Shown here: piece by piece, positions 24,507 to 32,000 of the stretch
Layout: each line of letters begins with the position of its first letter
Position numbering within the stretch: the first letter of the stretch is position 1
Assembly (NCBI RefSeq): GCF_009792795.1
Contig: NZ_VKHQ01000003.1
Coordinates: 517,601-549,600 of the forward strand
Reading direction: 5' to 3'
Length of the DNA stretch: 32,000 nucleotides
From: Cognatiluteimonas profundi
GTDB lineage: Bacteria; Pseudomonadota; Gammaproteobacteria; Xanthomonadales; Xanthomonadaceae
The notes under the pieces: generated by a model
The model's input: the letters and a program-made list of their open reading frames with translations, nothing else
The model's database searches: none
Told to the model about the DNA's origin: nothing
Program-made: the position numbers and the translations under genes

Positions 24507-25325
24507 CTACGCCGGTGCTGTCGCCAGCGCATCGAGCGCCGCACGCAGCGGCCCGAGGAAGTCATGCGCCAGCCGGGAGGCGTCCTGTGGCGACGTGGCG
24601 CCGGCCATCGCCGCCACCAGCGCGCTGCCGACCACGACACCGTCGGCTTCCGCGGCCATCGTGGCTGCCGAGGCCGCGTCCTTGATGCCGAATCCGGCAA
24701 CGACGGGGACCGGGCTGCGCGCGCGGATCGACCGCAACCGCGCGATGGCCGTGGCCGTATCGAGCCCATCGGCGCCGGTGACGCCGGCGAAACTGACGTA
24801 GTACAGGTAACCCTGCGCTGCATCGCAGAGCAGTCCGATCCGCGCATCGGACGTGGTCGGCGCAGCCAGCAGGATCAATGCCAGCCCGTGGGCGCGAAAG
24901 CGTGCGTGCAGGTCGCCGACCTCCTCCGGGGGAAGGTCGACCAGCAGCACGCCGTCGACTCCGGCGGCAGCCGCGTCGCGCGCGAATGCTTCGGCGCCGC
25001 GGATCTCGACCGGATTGAGGTAACCCATCAGGATCACCGGGGTGTGTGCGTCGGAGTCGCGAAATGCGCGGACGCAGTCCAGCACGAACCGCATCCCGGC
25101 GCCGCGCGCGAGCGCACGCTCGGAGCTGCGCTGGATGGTGGGCCCATCGGCCATCGGATCCGAAAACGGGACGCCCACCTCGATGACATCCGCGCCGGCG
25201 GCGACCAGCGCGTGCATCACCGGGACCGACGCTTCCAGCGATGGATCGCCGGCGGTGAAGAATGGCACCAGCGCCTTGCGGCCGGCGGCCTTGAGTTGGG
25301 CAAAACGGGCATCGATTCGGGACAT
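24507..25325 (-). CDS. trpA: Tryptophan synthase alpha chain
   Basis: Internal start of track ORF 24507..26189: MSRIDARFAQLKAAGRKALVPFFTAGDPSLE...IEVGVPFSDPMADGPTIQ...GFGI, 272 aa. The upstream extension is out-of-frame trpB sequence. Confidence 0.93.
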   Translation of the reverse strand: MSRIDARFAQLKAAGRKALVPFFTAGDPSLEASVPVMHALVAAGADVIEVGVPFSDPMADGPTIQRSSERALARGAGMRFVLDCVRAFRDSDAHTPVILMGYLNPVEIRGAEAFARDAAAAGVDGVLLVDLPPEEVGDLHARFRAHGLALILLAAPTTSDARIGLLCDAAQGYLYYVSFAGVTGADGLDTATAIARLRSIRARSPVPVVAGFGIKDAASAATMAAEADGVVVGSALVAAMAGATSPQDASRLAHDFLGPLRAALDALATAPA

Positions 25326-25390
25326 TGGATTCCAGGGGGCGGCATGTGTCGTGGCCACGCGAAGGCCGGCGCGTGCCTGTCGCGACGGCT

Positions 25391-26605
<1,215 letters not shown>

Positions 26606-26661
26606 CTGCACGATGGGGTTCGTGGCGGCCGTGCAGTGTAGCGAATCGATCCCCGGCGACT

Positions 26662-27339
26662 TCAGGAGTGCTCGACGTGGCAATCCGCGCGACGCACTTC
26701 CTCGACGAAACGGCGCATCTGGTCGCCATCCTTAACCCCTGGCGCACCCTCGATGCCACTGGCGACATCCACGCCCCAGGGCATCGTCGCCATGATGGCG
26801 TCGAAGACATTGTCCGGGTTCAAGCCACCAGCAAGCAGTACGGGTTTGGTCAGCGAGCGCGGAATGCGCGACCAGTCGAAGGTCTCGCCGGTACCACCAC
26901 CCTCCTCGCCATGGCTGTCGAACAGGAATGCGGCGGCGCCCGGGTAACGCACCTGCAGGGCCGTGGCTGAACTTTTGTCCGCCAGCCCCATCGGGACGGC
27001 CTTGACCCACGGCAACCCGAAGCCGCGGCAGAAGGCATCGTCCTCGCTGCCATGGAACTGCAGCAGCGTCGGCCGCACCTGGCGGATCGCATCGCGGACT
27101 TCCTCGGCAGTGTTGTCCATGAACAGCGCCACGGCGTCGACGAGCGGCGCCAGCGCATTGCGCATCAACCGGGCTTCCTCCGGCCGGATGCGGCGCCGGC
27201 TCTTCTGGGCGAACACGAAGCCGACTGCGTCGACGCCCAGTTCGCTGGCCAGGCGTACGTCGCCGGGACGCGTCATCCCACAGAACTTGATGCGGGTGCG
27301 GAAGAGCGTGCGTCGTTGACCAGTGGTCAGGGACATCAT
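26662..27339 (-). CDS. trpF: Phosphoribosylanthranilate isomerase
   Basis: 225 aa. [13 protein letters not shown]...GVDAVGFVF...LQFHG...[10 protein letters not shown]...GVDVASGIE are typical TrpF motifs. Upstream of trpB-trpA. Confidence 0.9.
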   Translation of the reverse strand: MMSLTTGQRRTLFRTRIKFCGMTRPGDVRLASELGVDAVGFVFAQKSRRRIRPEEARLMRNALAPLVDAVALFMDNTAEEVRDAIRQVRPTLLQFHGSEDDAFCRGFGLPWVKAVPMGLADKSSATALQVRYPGAAAFLFDSHGEEGGGTGETFDWSRIPRSLTKPVLLAGGLNPDNVFDAIMATMPWGVDVASGIEGAPGVKDGDQMRRFVEEVRRADCHVEHS

Positions 27340-27346
27340 TCCAGCC

Positions 27347-28135
27347 TCAAAGGGTCACCTCGGCGGGCAGCCGGCAGGCAGGCGGATAGCGCGGACCGAC
27401 GAAGACCAGCCCGTCGGGCGGTGCAGTCGGCCCGGCAAGCATTCGATCACGCCCTGCCAGCAGGGCGGCAAGCCAGTCTTCGGGCTGCTCGCCGCGGCCA
27501 ATGACGAGCAGACTACCAACGATGTTCCGCACCATGTGGTGAAGAAAGGCGTTTGCCTGTACCTCGACTTCGATGATGTCGTCCGTCCGGCGCACCTGGA
27601 TGTCGTGCAGGTCGCGCCTGGCATGGGGTGCCTGGCAGTGCACGGTGCGGAACGCCGAGAAATCGTGTTCTCCGACCAGGGCCTGGGCAGCCCGCTGCAT
27701 GGACCGTGCATCCAGGGGGCGCCGCTCCCATGACAGGTACTGGCGCTGCAGCGCCGGCCGCACCGGCCGGTTGAGGATGCGGTAGCGATAGCGCCGCGCA
27801 CGCGCCGAGAAACGCGCATGGAAACCCTCGTCCACCGCGACACACCAGAGGATGCAGACCGACGCCGGCAACCGCGTGGTCGTGCCAAGTACCCACGACC
27901 GCGGTTCGCGCGGGGCATCACTGTCGAAATGGACCACCTGGCAGGCCGCATGGACCCCGGCATCGGTGCGTCCCGCGCAGACGACGCCAACCGGATGCCC
28001 TGCCACGAACGACAGCGCATCCTCGACCGCAGCCTGCACCGTGGCCTCGCCCCGGCGAGGCCCACCACGCGCTTCCAGCCGTTGCCAGCCGGAGAATTCG
28101 CTGCCGTCGTATTCGACGCCCAGCGCGTACCGCAC
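27347..28135 (-). CDS. truA: tRNA pseudouridine(38-40) synthase
   Basis: 262 aa. [18 protein letters not shown]...[11 protein letters not shown] (catalytic Asp)...ARRYRYRI...[11 protein letters not shown]. Confidence 0.93.
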   Translation of the reverse strand: MRYALGVEYDGSEFSGWQRLEARGGPRRGEATVQAAVEDALSFVAGHPVGVVCAGRTDAGVHAACQVVHFDSDAPREPRSWVLGTTTRLPASVCILWCVAVDEGFHARFSARARRYRYRILNRPVRPALQRQYLSWERRPLDARSMQRAAQALVGEHDFSAFRTVHCQAPHARRDLHDIQVRRTDDIIEVEVQANAFLHHMVRNIVGSLLVIGRGEQPEDWLAALLAGRDRMLAGPTAPPDGLVFVGPRYPPACRLPAEVTL

Positions 28136-28162
28136 CGGCTCAGCCCCCTCGACCGGGGGAGA

Positions 28163-29965
28163 TCACAGGTCGCGCAGCAGGCGCGCCGCGGTTTCGCGAG
28201 CGACCGGATCGCGGCCGTCCAGGACTTCGCGCAACAGCAGGCGTGCCGCGTCCTCGTCGCCGCGATCCAGGCAGGATTGGGCCATCTCCAGCTGCCGGCC
28301 GACGGTCGACGTTGCCACCTCCTGCGCACCCGGTGCAGTCGTGGCGTCGCCGTGCCAGGGCGGGGTGACCGGATCGATCACCGCGGCGCGGCGGGGTGGC
28401 TGCATCGGTCGCGGGGCGACGGGCTGGTCAGGCATGAACGCACTCGCCACGGCCGGATCCGCGGATGCTTGTGGCACCGGAATGCTCGCCGCCAGGGCTT
28501 CTGTATCGAAAATACGCTTGGGCAACACGGTGGAACGCTGGCGCTGGCGTGTCATCAACCAGCCCAGCAAGGCCGCGACGATCAACGCCAGCCCGCCCCA
28601 GAGCCAGAGCCCACCAGCCTGCGGCGGCGCTGCGGGCGGCTGGGTCGATGGTGTCGATTGCGAAGCCACGGCAGGCGGCGGCGATACGGCGCGGTTGGAC
28701 TTCGCCAATGTCTGCTGCGCCGACGCCAGCGCGCTGTCCTTCATGGTCAGCAACTGCTGTTGTTGCTGCTGCAGCTTCTCCAGTTCGGCAACGCGCGTCT
28801 TGAGCTCGTTGACCTCGGCGTCGCGCGCGGCCAGGGTTTCCTTGGTTTCCTGCAATTGCTGTCGCAACATCTCACCCTCGCCACCGGCTTCGAGTCCGGA
28901 TTGTGTACCCGCCCGCTGACGGCCCACTGCCGACGGTGGAGCAATTTCCAGGCGCGCACCGACCGTTCGCGCCGACTTGACGGCCGCTGTCGGCGCAGCC
29001 GGTCCACGCGAAGCTGCGGCAGCGCCCGCGACCAACTCGGGCTGCGGGCGCGCCGCGCGCCATTGCGCGACCTGCTCATGCAGCAACCGGGCCGCCTCGC
29101 TGCGACCAATCGCCGCCACGTCGTCGCTTGCGGGAACCTTGAGGACGGCACCTCGCTTGATGAGATTGACGTTGCCTCCGATGAAGGCATCGGGGTTGGC
29201 GCGCAACAACGCGAGCATCGCCTGGGCGGTGCTGTAGCCGCGCAGGCTGTCCAGGTTTGCGGCGATCTGGCCCAGCGTCTGCCCGGCGCGCACTGGTCCG
29301 TATTGCCCCGCGACGCCGACCTGGGTTGGTTCGGCTGCGGGCAACGACGCCGGTGGTGTTGCCGCGACAGGGCGCGGGGGGGGCGGCGCGGACGCCCGCG
29401 GCGCGGGAGTCGGTACGGCGGCTGCCGGTGGCGCGGCTTGCGGTGGCGCCTGCGTCGCGATCGCCGGCGCAGCTGGCCGGATGACGAGATTCGGCTGCGC
29501 CACCGATGGCGCCTGGATCGGCGGCGGTGCCGTGGCGGCAATCGACTCGGGCGTGTCGACCAGCGCGGAATACTCGCGCACCAACCGACCCTGGCTCCAG
29601 TCCACCTGGAGCAGGAAGGTCAGCGCCGCGGCCTGCACCGGCTCGGGACTGGTGACACGGATGACCGGTCGCCCCGCGGCGTCCAGCGCCGGCTCGAACC
29701 GGAGGGAAGACACCTCGCCTTGCGGCGCATCCAGGCCGACGCGGGTGAAGGTCTCGGGCGGAGCGAGCTGGACCTGCAGGCCCTGCAGTTCGGTCGGGTC
29801 GCTGGAAATGATCGGGATTTCCGCGACCAGCGGCTGCCCCGGCTTCGACTTGACCTGGAGCTGGCCCAGCCCCAGCGCTGCGGCAGGCCCGGCGGCAAGG
29901 GCCAGCGCAATGGCAAGCACCGATGACAGTGCGATTGGCAACCTGCTGCTCACACCCACCCCCAT
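28163..29965 (-). CDS. fimV: FimV/HubP-family peptidoglycan-binding protein (type IV pilus assembly-associated)
   Basis: 600 aa. Signal peptide; FimV N-domain (LGLGQLQVKSKPGQPLVAEIPI...REYSALVD); LysM-like segment (YGPVRAGQTLGQIA...NPDAFIGGNVNLIKRGAVLKVP); coiled coil with a Q run; TM helix (LWLWGGLALIVAALLGWLM); C-terminal FimV motif LEMAQSCLDRGDEDAARLLLREVL. Sits in an asd-fimV-truA arrangement. Confidence 0.85.
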   Translation of the reverse strand: MGVGVSSRLPIALSSVLAIALALAAGPAAALGLGQLQVKSKPGQPLVAEIPIISSDPTELQGLQVQLAPPETFTRVGLDAPQGEVSSLRFEPALDAAGRPVIRVTSPEPVQAAALTFLLQVDWSQGRLVREYSALVDTPESIAATAPPPIQAPSVAQPNLVIRPAAPAIATQAPPQAAPPAAAVPTPAPRASAPPPPRPVAATPPASLPAAEPTQVGVAGQYGPVRAGQTLGQIAANLDSLRGYSTAQAMLALLRANPDAFIGGNVNLIKRGAVLKVPASDDVAAIGRSEAARLLHEQVAQWRAARPQPELVAGAAAASRGPAAPTAAVKSARTVGARLEIAPPSAVGRQRAGTQSGLEAGGEGEMLRQQLQETKETLAARDAEVNELKTRVAELEKLQQQQQQLLTMKDSALASAQQTLAKSNRAVSPPPAVASQSTPSTQPPAAPPQAGGLWLWGGLALIVAALLGWLMTRQRQRSTVLPKRIFDTEALAASIPVPQASADPAVASAFMPDQPVAPRPMQPPRRAAVIDPVTPPWHGDATTAPGAQEVATSTVGRQLEMAQSCLDRGDEDAARLLLREVLDGRDPVARETAARLLRDL

Positions 29966-30014
29966 GACCCCGATTGCGCCGACTCTAGCCGTCCGCGACC
30001 GCCAACCGCAATGT

Positions 30015-31031
30015 TCAAGGGTTCAGGACCAGCCATTCGGCGATCTGCACGGCGTTCAGCGCAGCGCCCTTGCGGATGTTGTCCGACACGATCCAGAGGT
30101 TCAATCCACGCGGATGCGAGATGTCGTCGCGGATGCGGCCGACGTAGACCGGGTCGGTTCCCGACGCGTGCGTGACCGGCGTCGGATAACCACCCGGCAC
30201 GTGTTCGTCGACAACCTCCACGCCGGGCGCGGCCTCCAGCAGCTTGCGCGCATCGGCTGCAGAAAGTTTGTCCCGGGTCTCGATGTTCACTGCCTCGGAA
30301 TGCCCGTAGAAGACGGGCACGCGGACCACCGTCGCGTTGATCGCGATGGCGTCGTCGCCGAGGATCTTCCGGGTTTCCCAGACAAGCTTCATCTCCTCGG
30401 TCGTATAGCCGTTGTCGGTGAAGTCGCCGCCGTGCGGGATCACGTTGAAGGCGATCTGCACCGGATACACCTCGGGCGTCGCCGGCTGGAAGTTCAGCAG
30501 CGCCGCGGTCTGCCGGCCGAGTTCCTCCAGCGCAAGGCGACCGGTGCCGGACACCGACTGGTAGGTCGCGATGTTCAATCGCTCGATGCCGGCCTTGCGA
30601 TGGATCGGCGCCAGCGCAACGACCATCTGCATGGTGGAGCAATTGGGGTTGGCGATGATGCCGCGCGGACGATCGCGCGCTGCCTCGGGATTGACTTCGA
30701 CCACGACCAGCGGGACATCCGCGTCGTAACGGAACGCCGAGGAATTGTCGATCACGACCGCGCCGGCGGCGGCGAACCGGGGCGCGTATTCCTTCGACAC
30801 CGACCCGCCAGCGGAAAACAGCGCGATGTCGACGCCCGCCGGATCGAATGTCGCCAGGTCCTGCACCACGAGCTGGCGATTGCCGAACGACACCTTGCCG
30901 CCTGCGGAGCGGGAACTCGCCAGCGCCACGACCTCGCTGGCCGGGAACCTGCGCTCGGCCAGGATCGACAGCATCACTTCACCCACTGCGCCGGTGGCCC
31001 CGACGACGGCGACCTTGTACGTCTTGCTCAT
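30015..31031 (-). CDS. asd: Aspartate-semialdehyde dehydrogenase
   Basis: 338 aa. VAVVGATGAVG NAD(P) fold, active-site IANPNCSTMQ, and SDNIRKGAALNAVQIAE at the C terminus. Confidence 0.94.
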   Translation of the reverse strand: MSKTYKVAVVGATGAVGEVMLSILAERRFPASEVVALASSRSAGGKVSFGNRQLVVQDLATFDPAGVDIALFSAGGSVSKEYAPRFAAAGAVVIDNSSAFRYDADVPLVVVEVNPEAARDRPRGIIANPNCSTMQMVVALAPIHRKAGIERLNIATYQSVSGTGRLALEELGRQTAALLNFQPATPEVYPVQIAFNVIPHGGDFTDNGYTTEEMKLVWETRKILGDDAIAINATVVRVPVFYGHSEAVNIETRDKLSAADARKLLEAAPGVEVVDEHVPGGYPTPVTHASGTDPVYVGRIRDDISHPRGLNLWIVSDNIRKGAALNAVQIAEWLVLNP

Positions 31032-31088
31032 TGTTGTGCCGTGCTTCCGGTTGATATCGAGATTGTGGCAGGCAAAGCGCCTGGAGAA

Positions 31089-32000
31089 TCAGGCGGATCC
31101 CGCGCTTGCGGGAATGCGCGGCGACACCTCGCCGACATCGCCGCACTGGGCGCGATGCCGCAGCGCCTGGTCCATCAGCACCAGCGCCATCATGGCCTCG
31201 CAGATCGGCGTCGCGCGGATGCCGACGCAGGGATCATGCCGGCCGGTGGTGACGATCTCCACCGGCTCGCCGCGGACGTCCACGCCGCGCGCCGGCAAGC
31301 GCAGGCTCGACGTCGGCTTGAACGCCGTCGACACGATGATGGCCTGGCCGCTGCTGATCCCGCCGAGGATGCCGCCGGCATGGTTGGACAGGAATCCGGC
31401 CGGCGTGGCCTCGTCGCGGTGCTCGCTGCCCTTCTGCGAGACCGATGCGAAACCGTCGCCGATCTCGACGCCCTTGACCGCGTTGATGGACATCATCGCC
31501 GCGGCGAGTTCTGCATCGAGCTTGCCGTACACCGGCTCGCCCCAGCCCGGCGGCACGCCTGTCGCAACCGTGGTCACGCGCGCGCCAACCGAGTCACCCG
31601 ACTTGCGCAGCGCATCGACGTAGTTCTCGAGCTCCGGGACCTGGCCGGCATCGGGCCAGAAGAACGGATTGGATTCGACCGCCGCCCATTCGCAGGCGGT
31701 CGGCAAAAGGCTGCCGATCTGCGCGAGGTAGCCACGCACCTTCACGCCGTGATGCTCATCCAGCCAGTGTTTGGCGATCACCGCGGCGGCGACGCGCATC
31801 GTTGTTTCCCGGGCACTGCTGCGTCCGCCTCCGCGCGGGTCGCGGATGCCGTACTTGTGCCAGTAGGTGTAATCGGCGTGACCCGGCCGGAACTGCTCCG
31901 CGATGCGGTCGTAATCCTTGCTGCGCGCATCCTCGTTGCGGATGAGCAGCGTGATCGGCGTGCCCGTGGTGGTGCCCTCGTACGCACCGGACAGGATCTC
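31089..32000 (-). CDS. aroC: Chorismate synthase (5' end beyond right window edge)
   Basis: Track ORF 31089..31799 is only the part after an internal Met. The same frame stays open to base 32000 (own translation: [77 protein letters not shown]...), which carries chorismate synthase signatures. Confidence 0.93.
   Translation of the reverse strand, partial: EILSGAYEGTTTGTPITLLIRNEDARSKDYDRIAEQFRPGHADYTYWHKYGIRDPRGGGRSSARETTMRVAAAVIAKHWLDEHHGVKVRGYLAQIGSLLPTACEWAAVESNPFFWPDAGQVPELENYVDALRKSGDSVGARVTTVATGVPPGWGEPVYGKLDAELAAAMMSINAVKGVEIGDGFASVSQKGSEHRDEATPAGFLSNHAGGILGGISSGQAIIVSTAFKPTSSLRLPARGVDVRGEPVEIVTTGRHDPCVGIRATPICEAMMALVLMDQALRHRAQCGDVGEVSPRIPASAGSA

Noticed and set aside
28163-29965. 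Repetitive Pro/Ala-rich and poly-Gln stretches in the fimV-like gene; considered as a DNA tandem repeat or contingency locus.
   Set aside because: The repetition is at the level of amino-acid composition, not exact nucleotide tandem repeats. Such low-complexity linkers are standard for FimV/HubP proteins.

Overview
High-GC gammaproteobacterial chromosome segment. Gene content and order look like Xanthomonadales/Lysobacterales, but this is judged from memory of synteny; no database search was possible. Almost every real gene is on the minus strand. Many long plus-strand or alternate-frame ORFs in the track are GC-driven shadow ORFs.

Three blocks:
(1) 1-11805: the NADH dehydrogenase I operon nuoA through nuoL. 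nuoL runs off the left edge. It is missing from the ORF track and was translated by hand.
(2) 11861-19932: an integrative island of about 8.1 kb with visibly lower GC, inserted in the 3' end of tRNA-Leu(GAG). A 22/23-nt direct repeat of the tRNA 3' end bounds it. It carries a P4-type tyrosine integrase, an AlpA-like excisionase/regulator, a translationally coupled module (hypothetical, zinc-finger protein, AAA_25/RepA-like ATPase, HGGxSTG protein) and a cargo region. The cargo holds a CsrA/RsmA paralog, a zinc-ribbon protein, two possibly paralogous small ORFs that bracket the cargo, and a five-gene plus-strand cluster of secreted, membrane and lipoprotein genes.
(3) 19910-32000: core genes tRNA-Leu, secG, tpiA, an opposite-strand HxD..H oxygenase-like orphan, glmM, accD, trpA, trpB, trpF, truA, a fimV-like gene, asd and aroC (5' end off the window).

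The island is the only accessory region and the place to look for an undescribed system. Its best candidates are the envelope-targeted cargo cluster with tandem paralogous lipoproteins, the island-borne CsrA, and a minimal satellite-like core with repeated GGGGGTAG arm-type motifs and a CGTTGCG heptamer palindrome. Family assignments rest on motifs recognised by eye. No CRISPR array, rRNA or transposase was seen.
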